A stretch of DNA of 62,434 bases, filler included, from Chiloscyllium plagiosum (taxonomy: Eukaryota): the NCBI RefSeq assembly GCF_004010195.1. It is 4 parts of one record of this genome, joined end to end, with 100 filler letters (N's around TTAATTAATTAA, not from the genome) between each part and the next. Parts side by side here need not be neighbours in the genome. Positions count along the whole stretch, not along the records: positions 23,326 to 45,478 come from NC_057710.1; 3 more parts are not named here. One strand, written 5' to 3'. Each line of letters opens with the position of its first letter. Positions within the stretch are counted from its first letter, which is position 1. Below the pieces are notes generated by a model. That model was not told the DNA's origin. It was given only the letters and a program-made list of their open reading frames with translations, and did no database searches. The position numbers and the translations under genes are program-made. Below are positions 24,121 to 36,085 of the stretch, piece by piece.

Positions 24121-26002
24121 TGAATAAGATCAATTTTGCAAAGTCAGAGGCTATGCCTTTGGGGCACCTTAAGGAAGTGCCAGAGGTTGAAGGTGGCCCC
24201 AGTTTCCCTTTAAGTGGTCACAGGTGGGTTTCCGATCCCTAGGTATTTTTATTAGCCCCATGTTTGATTGTTTATTTCAGACTAACTTTGTTCACCTGCT
24301 TGACAATATTAGACAAGATCTCCAGAGATGGGAGGCTCTTCCAATTTTGTGGTTGGGCCGAATAGCCCTTAAGATAAATGTCCTCCCTCATTTGCTTTAT
24401 CCCATGTGTATGTTTCCCAGATCAATGTTGTGGAAACTTATGGGTTGGTTTAGTTCTTTCATCTGGCATTGTGGGTGACCCTTCATCAAACTTACTAAAT
24501 TGCAGTTGCCTCAAGGATGGGGAGGAGTTGATTTCTCAGACATCAGGAAGAATCAAGTGTGTTCCCTGCTGCCCTTTTTGTGCGACTGGGCAGGTAATGA
24601 TCCGGGCTCAACACGGCTGGATATCGAGGCCTCCCAGGCAAACTGCCCTCTTATTAACCTGTTGTTCATGGATACGATGAGGATAATTTTGGACCACTGA
24701 TGGAACCCCATTGTCATTAGTACGGTCAAGGCATGGAGGGCAATGAGTCAGAGTGAGGGTTGCTCATCCAGTTTGCCACACACCTCCCATGGTTGGTATG
24801 CCTGGGTTCTGACCAGGGATATTGGACTCAGGGTTCAAATGATGGGCACGAGAGGAGTTTCCAGTTTGGGAGACATTGTTTGAGGAGGAGGTTATGATGT
24901 CTTTTCAGGAATTGAGCCGCAAACATGGGCTGCCCCGTAGAGGTCTTTTCCGTTTTTTTCAGGCTAGGGATTTCATCCAGAAGACGACTACACTTCTCAC
25001 TAAGCCTGATAAGCCTGATACAGAGAGCTACTGCTACGTTCCATAAACACCCTTTCAGTTAGTGCCCTCTATCGCCTACTGGGTGGTAGGGCCTGGCAGG
25101 ATATTAACCAGCTATGTGAAGTCTGGGAGCAAGAGTGAGGACTGTAGATCTCTTCTGAAACGTGGGAGGACATATAGGAGAATATGCAAAAGATCTCAAT
25201 CTGTAATAGGACAAATGCAATGCAGTTAAAAGTTCTGCACAGGGTTTATTTGGCACCGGACTGTCTGGCAAAGTTTAAAACGGGGCTTCTCCAATGTGTC
25301 CCAAATGTAAAATAAGTGTCGGTACTCGTACCCATTGCTTTTGGGCATGTCACAAGCTCCGTGTTTATTATAGCACTGTGGTGGGAGAGATGGGGAGGGT
25401 ATTGAGAACCGAAGCTTAAGTAGACCCGACATCTCTCCTTCTAGGTCTACTGAATTTATCAACTTTAGACGGGCATAGGAAGAAACTATTTAATGTTCTT
25501 AATTACTGTGCACGGAAGAATATTCTGATGAATTGGGTGTTTGAGCATCCCCTGGGCTAGCTGAGATGGTGGAAATTAGTTATGGAGCACAGTCCCTTGG
25601 ATGTTTTTCACAAATATGGTGCACCACACAACTGTCCTTTTTAATAAGACATGGCAGCCCTTTTTGAGTTATTTGGACACAGATTTGTCTCCTATCTTAA
25701 CTAGGGTGTTTGTTTACCAAGATGGTTAGGTTTGCTGAGCTATGGACCCTGGAAGGAGGACTCCTCAGTTCATACAGGTATATATACAATGGTCCCTTTT
25801 TTTGCTTGGGAGCTCTGCGCCAAGAATTGTTATTTTGTGTTTTGTTTTGTTTTGTTTTACAGGGTAGGTTAGTAGCTAGTAGACAGTAGTTGCACTGTAA
25901 CTCGCGTTTTTTATTATACACGTATTTGTTATAGTTTTTATAACATTATATTTTTGTAAAGTCAAAAAACTTTTTTTGCTAATAAATATGTTTACAAAAA
26001 AA
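24121..26002 (+). mobile_element. L1-clade LINE, end of RT to 3' end
   Basis: KINFAKSEAMPL, WEALPILWLGRIALKINVLP and GGVDFSD; ends AATAAATATGTTTACAAAAAAA. Confidence 0.85.
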
Positions 26003-26408
26003 TGGAATAGTTCCGAATTGAAAGAATAAATATACAATGTGGCAAAGATTACTGCTACAACAGAGGACTGGGACAATTTTTGTAATGAAAACATGCTAAA
26101 CATGGCAAAGATAAACCGACGGTGAAACTAGGAAATAATATAAAAACAGACGAGATCTTCTTTAAATTTATAAAAAGGAAGAATGACAGGTCAAATTGAA
26201 CATAGACCCTTTACAGAACAAGATAGGGAAAAGAATAATATGGAACTTGGAAATGGCAAAGGGTTGCATCAGTTTCCAGCACATTAATAGCATTCCAAAA
26301 ATATTTTAAAAATCAAGGGGCAAAAGTTGGTGGGGAGAGGAGGGATTGAGAGAGCAACTAAACTCTAACTATCCCTGGAGAAAAAGTACTAGGGAAATGA
26401 ATAGGCTG

Positions 26409-26655
26409 AAAATGTGTTGCTGGAAAAGCGCAGCAGGTCAGGCAGCATCCAAGGAACAGGNNNNNNNNNNNNNNNNNNNNNNNNNNNNNNNNNNNNNNNN
26501 NNNNNNNNNNNNNNNNNNNNNNNNNNTTCCTGAAGAAGGGCTTATGCCCGAAACGTCGATTCTCCTGTTCCTTGGATGCTGCCTGACCTGCTGCGCTTTT
26601 CCAGCAACACATTTTCAGCTCTGATCTCCAGCATCTGTAGCCCTCACTTTCTCTC
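26409..26655. mobile_element. Fold-back PLE terminal-repeat insertion (family A) inside a decayed CR1
   Basis: Inverted arms; 14-bp direct repeat AAATGAATAGGCTG at 26395-26408 and 26656-26669. Confidence 0.88.
26527..26561 (+). ncRNA. Putative minimal hammerhead ribozyme (family A, intact core)
   Basis: CTGAAGA-A-GGGC-ttat-GCCC-GAA-ACGT-C, predicted cleavage after 26557; stem I is weak (TC/GA). Confidence 0.6.
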
Positions 26656-27029
26656 AAATGAATAGGCTGCTAAAGGCTGCTAAGTCCCCTGGACCTGGTG
26701 GGTTTCATCCTAGGATTTTAAAAAATGTCACTACAGCGATAACTGTTGGTAATCTTCCAAGAATTTTTAGATTTGGGAAAAGTCCTGAAGAACTGGAAAA
26801 CTGCCAATGTAACACATTTACTCAAAAAGGGAGGAAGACAAAATTCAGGTAACTATAGGCTACTTAGCTTAAAATCTGTCATTTGGAAAATGTTAAAGAA
26901 TATTAAATTGTCAACAATGAAATAGCAGAGCATTTACAAATACATAATAAAATCCAGCAGAGTAAGAATGAATTCACACAGGGGAAATCATACAAATTTG
27001 CTGACAAAGGAAGGGCAAGAATAGGAGTT

Positions 27030-27285
27030 GAGAGGCTCCTGATGGTGCAGTGCTCACATTCTTAGCCCTGAGCCAGGCAGCCTGGGTTCAAGTCCCACCT
27101 ACTCCAGAGGCTTGTCATAACATCTCTGAATAGGTCGATTAGAAAATGCCTAGGGAACTAACAATAAGATTATTGATGCAGTGGTAAAATCCTTATCTCT
27201 GGGCCAGAAGACTCCGGTTCAAGTCCCATCTTCTCCAGAGGTTTGCCATAACACATCTGAACAGATTGAATAAAAACTTCTAGTA
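27030..27285 (+). mobile_element. Two tandem copies of a short (~110-bp) tRNA-derived SINE
   Basis: Each has an A-box-like TG(G/A)TGCAGTG, B-box GGTTCAAGTCCC and tail CTCCAGAGG...CATAACA...TCTGAA.AG.T.GA. A deleted copy lies at ~54978-55065. Confidence 0.7.
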
Positions 27286-27419
27286 AACTCAAGGAATATA
27301 TAACCCGAAGTCTAAAACCAAATCTTAACCAAGTTTATCCTCTTTTTATTCAATCGTGTGCATATAAGCATCAAACTTTCACAACATCGATTTAACGTGA
27401 TATTTCACATTAACATCGT

Positions 27420-27635
27420 GTTGGCGAGTTTTGAGAAGAAGATTTGTAGCTGAAGTTGAAGCTCTGGATGTAAGTTTGCCTCCTGAGCTGGTAGGTTAGT
27501 TTTCAGACCTTTTTGTTACCATGCTCAGTAACATCATTGGTGAGCCTCTGGTGAAGCACTGATGTTAGTGACCCACTTTCTATTTATGTGTTTTAGGTTT
27601 CCTAAAGGCTCACAGATGATGTTACCTAGCATTTA
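27420..27635 (-). mobile_element. Degenerate Poseidon-type PLE terminal repeat
   Basis: Collinear with 33146-33300 (GTAAGTTTGCCTCCTGAGCTG, GTTACCATGCTCAGTAACATCAT); short inverted piece at the right end. Confidence 0.65.
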
Positions 27636-28159
27636 CTTTCAAAGTGCAAGTTTACACGCTTCTTTAAATGCTCCTACCCCACCTATTCTTCGGAAGCATG
27701 AACAGAAGTGCAACTTCCCGCTCGCTTTTATCGCTGAGATTATATTAATGAACGGAATGACTTTAACCCCAGATCTGTGAAATACTTACAGTGATCCGCC
27801 GTGTATCAGGTTCGACAAATGTTGAGATGTTTGCGAGTGGCGATGTGAGACAGACCAAATGCTGTGTTGTACTGACCTGTGGTCTACTCTCCTCAAATCT
27901 TTCCTGTAATCTTTGTTGTTCTGTGCTGAGTTAATGCTCACTCCTGTGCGGAGTTTAAATTCTCCGCTGTGCTATTCCCTGTACTCTGCGCTGATTTAAT
28001 GTTTTTTTTCCCCCAGTGCTCTATGCTGACTTTGTGCAGAGTAAATGCTCTGTACCGTTTTAATGCTATCTTCTATCCTGAGTTAATACTTGTTCTAGTC
28101 TCCCCCTGTCAGGTTCTGTCCTGAATGAATACTTTCCCGTTTTTTTTCTCTCTGTCACT

Positions 28160-28790
28160 GAGCTGAACGACTCGGCTCTGGGCACTGCCGCTTCTGCTAT
28201 CATTTAAATATGGACTGCTCCACTGTGCTAATGGAGGGGGGGGGAATGAAGATGTGTAAGGGTGCGGGTTTTTCACTTGTGGCTCCAAGGAGCTCGCCCT
28301 CCCTCACACTAAGCACCATAGTGATTTTTTTCAAGAATAGTTGCACCACATATCTCGATTCGTCCTATTTGTGAGAGGTGGGGACTGCCCCACGTGCTTT
28401 GCACACCCGCTCTTCCCGCATGGTAGTGACCGGGGTAGCGGTCTCCATGGTAACGGGGCCCACTACTGGAGGATGGACCCTGGGTGAACAGGTCAGTGTC
28501 AGCGGAGGGGTTTGTGGCCGAGAATAATCCAGAATAACACAGTCGGGGGAGACGAGGGGTCACAAATATAGGTGTTCTCCCCCCCCCCAAAATCCGCCTG
28601 AGTGCCATGCTGGAGCGGTTTTCCGGGAAGATTTACATCTTCACTCTTTAGTCGACCTATTCAGAGATATTAGGACAGGAGTTCTTTCTCCCCCACCCCG
28701 TTTACTTTGGGCTGTTTGCTGAGTCCAGATCTATTTAGAGGCGAGCAGAACGTGTCCTCCGTGATTTCAGCGCAGATTCAACAGGTTTGC
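28160..28790. promoter_or_regulatory. CpG-enriched promoter-like region with RFX X-box
   Basis: Non-repetitive, GC- and CpG-rich relative to its flanks. GTCTCCATGGTAAC at 28441-28454 fits the RFX palindromic X-box; E-box CACGTG at 28391. Confidence 0.55.
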
Positions 28791-29074
28791 AGTGATTGAT
28801 CTTGCTTCCTGCTTCACTGCACCTTCATTTGCTGTGTTATTTTCTCGCTTAACACTGAATTGGCAATGCCTCCGCAATTAATACATCGCACTCAATTACA
28901 TTCGATTTTAGACTTGTTTTCACACGACCACTTCTGGAAAGTGCACCAATTTTTTTTTCAAAATCAAACTTTCACGGGGCACACCCCCAGGGCCACTCTG
29001 AAATAAACTTTATGTCATCACACCCCTATGCAAAAACATTCTAAAGCCAACTGTGCAGATACCATACGGCTGAG

Positions 29075-30509
29075 TACATTCATTTGTCTGCATTTATTGA
29101 CACTCGCGGTGTCAGTTGCGGTTGGTGGCAATGAAGCGGTAACACTTTACAGGGCGTACAAGGTTAGCATCCAAAATCTAACATGTCAGTCCCTGCCATA
29201 GAGACAAAGGACAATTGGGTCCAGACCAATAAGAAAGACAAAATCTGATTCTGAAGAGGAAAATTTGCAAAGCGTAATTAGTTCCCCCCCCCCCCCCAAA
29301 TTACCAGAAGAATGTTGAATAGAAGTTGGAAATTATAAATCCAACTTTGATAAAGCAGACTTAACGTGTATATTTTTAATTGTCCACATCACACAAACTG
29401 GACATTTTCTGAAACAATTTTCAGTCATGGCACAGTGATCCTGGGCAAATTGAAACTTATTCCAAAATCAAAAAAAAAGGTACTCTTGATTGGCATCAAT
29501 TATAGAATACAGCACATAAATTAAACATTGAAATCATTACTGACATTGGCTAGAAATCAGTTTCCAAATGTACAACAATAGATGCCAGATATTAATATCA
29601 GTGGGTCATTTTCATGAATAGAAAAGGACATAATCCAACAATTAAATTAGTCCATAAATACCCATTGTTCACTCATACAATAGCTGCCTTCAGAATTTAC
29701 CCTAAAAATATCCACTGGCAGAAAATTCAACACATAGTATATAATCTGAAGACAACTTAGCCTCAAAATACTTGCAATGCAAGTAAATACTTTTTTCCAA
29801 CTTTTTTATGCCCCATAAAAACACAATAATCTTTACATCTTTATATAGTATCTTTCACAACCACAAGCTGTATCAAAGTAGAAATGTAGTGACTGTTGTA
29901 ATATAGGAAATACAGCAACCAATTTGTGCACAACATGACTCTAATCCAGCAAGGTGCTGAAGACCAAACAATATTGTTCAGTGATATTTATTGAAGGATA
30001 AATATCAGTCCTGATTTTAGAGGTAATCAACTCAGCGCCTGCCCTGCCACCCTGTTTAAAATTATGTTATAGGATCTTTTTAAATCCAACTGAGATATCA
30101 AAAGAACATTTCATCCAAAAGACCACAAAAAAATACTAAGGAAGTACTCCATTAGGCTTTTGCCAAAAATTTTGTGCTCAACTCTTGATAAACCTACAAT
30201 ATACTAAATCAGATAAGTGTGATGTTAGCACGTCAGATTTATAAAGAGCAAAGAGAAAATTCAAAGGTACTTAAACAGGTTTTACAGAAAAATAAAATTG
30301 ATTGCTTTATCTTCTCAATAACAAATAAAACATCCCACGGCATCAGAATAATCTTCAGAGAATAATCTGGTCAATTCTGAAATTTTAATTATAAAAAAAA
30401 GCAAAAATAGAAAAAAAATTTAAATACCCTACCAGAAAACAGAGCAATAGACTGGCATAATTAAAAACTCAAACTGAATTATAATACCAACAGAAGGGCT
30501 GAAGTATAA
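29075..30509 (-). other. Probable 3'UTR of the unidentified minus-strand gene
   Basis: AT-rich sequence following the stop at 30510-30512; AATAAA on - at 29093-29098. Confidence 0.5.
29830..30230 (-). mobile_element. Old DeuSINE-like (SacSINE1/AmnSINE1-related) element
   Basis: TGTAGTGACTGTTGTAATATAGGAAATACAGCAACCAATTTGTGCACA and ATAGGATCTTTTTAAATCCA...ATTTCATCCAAAAGAC resemble the reverse complement of the DeuSINE tail and core. Confidence 0.55.
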
Positions 30510-30593
30510 TTATAATGGAGAGTTCACATACTTGATTAAAGTTTCCAGATAATGAAGTAACACCAACTGTTCCGTTAAATTAATAAAGTCAAT
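30510..30593 (-). CDS. Terminal coding exon of an unidentified gene: IDFINLTEQLVLLHYLETLIKYVNSPL*
   Basis: Strong acceptor (poly-T tract then GTAG|, AG at 30594-30595), 27 open codons with a protein-like helical pattern, TAA, then UTR-like sequence and a poly(A) signal. Confidence 0.65.
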   Translation of the reverse strand: MDFINLTEQLVLLHYLETLIKYVNSPL

Positions 30594-31109
30594 CTACAAA
30601 AAAAAATTGCTTATATTCACTAAGTGTTACTATTCAGAGATTGGAAACAAAGAAAAGAACATATATTTATGAGGTGATTTTCATATCCTTAGTCTTCATT
30701 AATACCAGCCTAGGACATGACCAGACAGTAGTTCGACCTCTATGAGAGTATTGTGTACAGTTCTGGACACCATACTTTCAGCTGGATCTGATGGTTTTGG
30801 AGAGAGTGCAGAAGAGATTTGTTTTTATTTATTCACGAGATATGAGTGTTGACCATGCCAGCCTTTAGGGCTCATCCCTAATTGCCAGAGTCCGCCACAT
30901 TACTTTGGGTCTGGAGTCACATGTATGGTTCCAGGGATGAGAAGCTTCAATTATGAGGATAGATTGGAGAGGAAGAATCTGAGGAGGGATTTGGTAAACA
31001 CTTTCAAAATCATTAATGGTCTGGACACTATAGATAGGGATAAACTGTTTCCATGCATAAAAGGATAAAAAAAATCAGAGGGTGCAATTTTTAAGTGATT
31101 TGGAGGTGC

Positions 31110-32418
31110 CGATGTTGGACTTGGGTGGTCAAAGTTAAAAATCACACAACACCCCAGGTTATGGTCCCAACAGGTTTATTCGAAAGCACTGTCTTTTGGA
31201 GCACTGCTCCTTCCTCAAGCGGTTGTGGAGAATAAGACCATACAACACAGAATTTATAGAAAAAGTTAAAGTGTAATGCCACTGAAATGATATATTGAAG
31301 TTCTGGATTGTTTGTTCAGTCTTTCATCTTTAGAATGACCATGTTAGTTTTGGTTCTTTCATATGTAAATCCCAGCACTTTTTTAATGTTACACTCTTAA
31401 GTTAGCTTTAACAATAAATGCCATCTCAGCTCAGATACTGCATTGAAGATGTGAGGTTAAAATCTGTGTCCCAGTATTCAGGCTGATTCTATTTCTAAAG
31501 TGAGATTTACAGAATATTACATGGATTTATGCAGTTTTTGATACCAATACGACCATTACACATAGGGACACCACCCACCATGTACGTGGCACATAATCAT
31601 GTGACTCGGCCAGTATTGTCTATCTCATACGCTGCAGGCAAAGATGTCCTGAGGCATGGTACGTTGATGAGACTGAGCAGAGGCTATGGCAACGGATGAA
31701 TGGACACTGCGCAACAATCACCAGCCAGGAGTGTTCCCTCCCAGTCAGAGAACACTTCAGTGGTCTGGGACATTCAACCTCAGACCTTTGAGTGACCATC
31801 TCCAAGGTGGACTTCGGGACAGGCAACGATGCAAAGTGGCCAAGCAGAGGCTGATCGGCAAGTTTGGTATCCATGAGAATGGCCTCAACTGCAACCTTGT
31901 GTTCACGTCACACTACAGGTGACCCCATTGCACTATACATTGTCTCGCACACAAGCACACATACACACACTCCTACAGACCCTCTCTCATACACAAGCTC
32001 TCTCTCATATACTCATACATAGACCCCCCACACTCACACCCATACACATACCCTCTCACAGACTTATACTGCATTACACTCTCACACCTACACATACACA
32101 CACTGTCTCACAGACACTCACACCCCCCTCCCCCACACACACACCTACATACTCACACTCACATATAGTTTGTGGGGTGAATTTGTACTTGCAGAATTAC
32201 ATATTATTTTGCTCAAAAACTACATAAATCCATGTGAGATTCTCTAAATCCCAATTTAGAAATAGAATCAGTCTGAACTTTGGGACACAGACAGCCTTTA
32301 ACCTTCAAGTGTTTACTCCACAACCACCTAATGAAGGAGCAGTGCTCTAAAAGCTAGTGCTTCCGAATAACCCTGTTCGACAACAACCTGGTGTTATGTG
32401 ATTTTTAACTTTGTTCAG
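31110..32418 (+). mobile_element. PLE 3' part (GIY-YIG) with inverted terminal repeat
   Basis: IVYLIRCRQRCPEAWYV and TILQGGLRDRQRCKVAKQRLIGKF. 31130-31230 is the reverse complement of 32315-32413, and 31460-31540 of 32215-32290. Degenerate hammerhead at 32325-32359. Confidence 0.85.
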
Positions 32419-32980
32419 TTTTAGAACGTTTTGCAAAGGAAGCAAATGCAAGGTGGTGAGAAACTCTTTCATACAGTGAATGGCTTCATTTTGAGTGCAC
32501 TGCCAGGAAGTGTGGTGAATGCAGATTAAATTGAAGTATTGAAGAGTGTGTTGGATGATTATAATCATTACTTTGGGGAAGAGACAGGAGCTTGGCACTA
32601 TGCCAAAATGCTCAAAAAGCTGAGAGCCAGTACAAATATGATGGATTGATTAGTCTCCCGCACCAAATTAATTCTGTGATACTGAGATTGGCATTGGGAG
32701 AAAGGTGGTGAGGGACTTCTGACAACTGGGGAGGGCATGAGAGACCAGTTACTCTGGGGTGTGGGGTAGGGGAGTTGTTGAAGGGCTGTCAGAGATTTTA
32801 AGCCAAAAGATCTATCTTTCACTGGATTCTTCAGGACAGGATCCAGGGCTCATTGATTGGGCAGTTATGCCACAAGCACTACTTTTTAAAAAACTAAGAA
32901 GAGATTTAAAGGGACCACGTGGCTCCATGGCAGCCATTACTACCTTTGGATAAACCTTCATGTAGGCTAAAGATTAGCAT

Positions 32981-33145
32981 CCAAAAGAGAAAATGCTGGA
33001 AAATCTCAGCAGGTCTGGCAGCATCTATAAGGAGAGAAAAGAGCTGACATTTCGAGTCTAACTGACCCTTTGTCAAACATCAGCTCTTTTCCAGCATTTT
33101 CTCTTTTGGTTTCAGATTCCAGCATCCGCAGTAATTTGCTTTTAT
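32981..33145. mobile_element. Fold-back PLE-type terminal repeat (outer element of a nested pair)
   Basis: CCAAAAGAGAAAATGCTGGAAA / TTTCCAGCATTTTCTCTTTTGG; TAAAGATTAGCAT is duplicated at 32968-32980 and 34104-34116. Confidence 0.8.
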
Positions 33146-34088
33146 GGGGTGTAGGTTTGCTCGCTGAGCTATAGGTTTGATATCCAGATGTTTCGTTACC
33201 TGGCTAGGTAACATCATCAGTGGCGACCTCCAAGTGAAGCGAAGCTGTTGTCTCCTGCTTTCTATTTATATCTTTCTCCTGGATGGGGTTCCTGAGGTTT
33301 GTGGTGATGTCAATTCCTGTTCGTTTTCTGAGGGGTTGATAGATGGCATCTAGGTCTATGTGTTAGTTTATGGCGTTGTGGTTGGAGTGCCAGGCCTCTA
33401 GGAATTCTCTGGCATGCCTTTGCTTAGCCTGTCCCAGGATAGATGTGTTGGCCCAGTCGAAAAGGTGTCTTTTTTTATCCATGTGTAGGGCTAAGAGGGA
33501 GAGAGGGTTGTGTCTTTTTGTGGCTGGCTGGTGTTCGTGTATCCTGATGGCTAACTTTCTTCCTGTTTGTCCTACGTAGTATTTGTGGCAGTCCTTGCAA
33601 GGAATTTTGTAGATGACGTTGTTTTGTCCATGGGATGTACTGGGTCTTTTAAGTTTGTTAGTTTTTGTTTGAGAGTGTTGGTGGGTTTGTGTATTCTGAT
33701 ACAGCTTCGTTTGTGTGTGTTGGGATGGTTGCTGGTGTAGTTAAGTATTTGGTCAGCGTTTGTCGGTTTTCTGTATATACAGGTTTGTAGTTCTCCGCTG
33801 TCCTTTCTTTCGACTGTGCCATCCAGGAATGCGAGTTTGTTGTCGGTTTCTTCCTCCTTGGTGAACTTTATGCCTGTGAGGGTGTTGTTGATGATGTTAA
33901 ATGTCTCTTCTATCTTGTTTCTCCCATCCAGGAGAAAGATATAAATAGAAAGCAGGAGACAACAGCTTCGCTTCACTTGGAGGTCGCCACTGATGATGTT
34001 ACCTAGCCAGGTAACGAAACGTCTGAATATCAAAGCTCAGCGAGCAAACCTACACCCTAAATCTCAACCTGAGCTACAAACCTTGCAA
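33146..34088 (-). mobile_element. Poseidon-type PLE, internally deleted, with inverted terminal repeat
   Basis: IKFTKEEETDNKLAFLD, YRKPTNADQILNYTSNHP and the GIY-YIG motif YKIPCKDCHKYYVGQT on -. 33146-33287 is inverted at 33923-34058. 13-bp TSD AATTTGCTTTTAT. Confidence 0.9.
33987..34026 (+). ncRNA. Putative minimal type-I hammerhead ribozyme (family C, intact core)
   Basis: CCA-CTGATGA-T-GTTACCT-agcc-AGGTAAC-GAA-ACGT-C/TGA: perfect 7-bp stem II and a GUC cleavage triplet (cleavage after 34023). Confidence 0.75.
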
Positions 34089-34759
34089 AATTTGCTTTTA
34101 TTTTAAAGATTAGCATGATTCTTATGTTAAGGCTGCCATCACAAAGAAATGAAGTCAAAGTATATCATAGCAACAACATCTCCGATACTGAATCAGACCA
34201 TGACAATAAACGGGCAACATCCAGTCTCAGGCTAATAAGTGGCAGTTAACATTTGCACCATATAATGACAAACAATGACCATCTCTAATAAGAACAAATC
34301 TAACCATCACCTCTGATGTTCATGACATTACAGTGTTTGTATCCCTCACTGTCAACATCATGGGGGTGATCATAGACCAGAAAATTAACTGGACCAACTA
34401 TAAAAATGCTGCAGCTACAAAAGATGGAGAATTTAGAGGGTAAGTGACGGTGTAGTGATATTGCTGCTGGACAAGTAATATTCTAGGGACCAGCGTTCAA
34501 ATTCCATCAAGGCAGATGACAGAATTTGAATTCAACAAAATAATCTGGAATGATGACCATGGATCCTTTGTCATATGAATCTGTTTGGCTCATAAATAGC
34601 ACCATCCTCAACTGGGCTAAAGTACATTGACTCCAACACTCAATATTGTGCCCTTAACTCTTTTCTGCCCTCCGAAATAGCTAGCAAGTAATTCAGTTGT
34701 AACACCTCAAAAAGGAAATGAAACCAGAAGAACCTCCTGTCTTCAATATATGCAAACAC

Positions 34760-35240
34760 TGCCCCAACAGCTCCCTGCAACAAGGTTCCAAAGACTCTCA
34801 TCCCTCTGAGAGAAGAAGTTTCTCCTCATCTCGGTTTTAAATTTGTACCCTTTATTCTGAGACTGTGCCCTCTGGTCCTAGTCGCTTCCATGAGGGGAGA
34901 CATTCTCTCAGCCTATATGTTTCAATGAGATCATCTCTCATTCTTCTAAACTCCAGTGAGCAGAGTCCCAACTTATTTAGTTTTCATTCATAAGACAGTC
35001 CTTCCATACAGGGAATCATCCTAGTGAACCATCTCTGAACTGCCTCCAATGAATGATCTCTTTTCTTAAATAAGGGGACTCCAGATGTGGTTTCATTAGC
35101 AACTTACACATTTCCAGTAAGACTTCCCTACTCTTAAACTTCTACACTTTTGAATTGGGGCAAACATGCCTTAGCCTTGCTGATTACCTGCTGCACATGT
35201 GTACTAGCTTTCTATGTTTGTGCACAAGTCCCCCCAAGTC
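34760..35240 (-). mobile_element. Decayed CR1 LINE 3' fragment
   Basis: Collinear with 4020-4530 and 55650-56130. Confidence 0.7.
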
Positions 35241-35460
35241 ACCTTAAGTTATCCATCTAGGAAATTCCATGTCACTGAGTTCTGTGGTTCCTTGCTTGGC
35301 TAACAAGCCTGATCCTAGAGCCATATTTCCAATGACATGTTTGGCAGGTGTTTCTGGGAGATAGAATTGGTCATTGTCCTTGAGATCGCTGGCATTCCTT
35401 TCCCAGTTTCCTTTTCCATACTTCCACTTGTCACGAGGTATTGTCAAAGAGTTGTGTCAC

Positions 35461-36085
35461 TTAGAGTCATAGAGATGTATAGCATGGAAACAGACTTTTC
35501 AGTCCAACTTGTCCATGCCGATCAGATATCCCAACCTAATTTAGTCCCACCTGCCAGCACCCAGCCCATATCCCACCAAACCCCTCCTATTCATATACTC
35601 ATCCAGGTGCCTTTTAAATATAGCAATTGTACTAGCCTCCCCCACTCCCTCTGGCAGCTCACCCATTGCATAAAAAAGTTGCCCCTTAGGTCTCTTTTAT
35701 ATCTTGCCCCTCTTACCCTCGAGTTCCGGACTCCCCCCAACCCAAGGAAAAGACCTTGTCTATTTATCCTATCCATGCCCCTCATGATTTTATAAATCTT
35801 TATAAGGTCACCCCTCAGCCTCCGACACTTCAGGGAAAACAGCCCTAGCCTATTCTGAACCCTTCCAAGTTTCACAACATCCTTCCAATCGGAAGGAGAC
35901 TAGAATTGCACACAATATTCCAAAAGTGGCCTAACCAATGTCCTGTACAGCTGCAACATGACCTCCCAACTCCTGTACTCAATATTTTGACCAATAAAGG
36001 AAAGCATACTAAACACCTTCTTCACTATCCTATCTACCTGCAACTCTAATTTCAAGGAGCTATGAACATGCACTCCAAGGTCCTT
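35461..36085 (-). mobile_element. CR1 (HER1-like) LINE 3' end
   Basis: LYRTLVRPLLEYCVQF and RRLRGDLIKIYKIMRGMDR, plus tail. Confidence 0.9.

Noticed and set aside
28309..28608. 99-aa ORF MALRRILGGG...
   Set aside because: No recognisable homology, and ORFs of this size are expected in GC-rich sequence; kept only as part of the promoter candidate.
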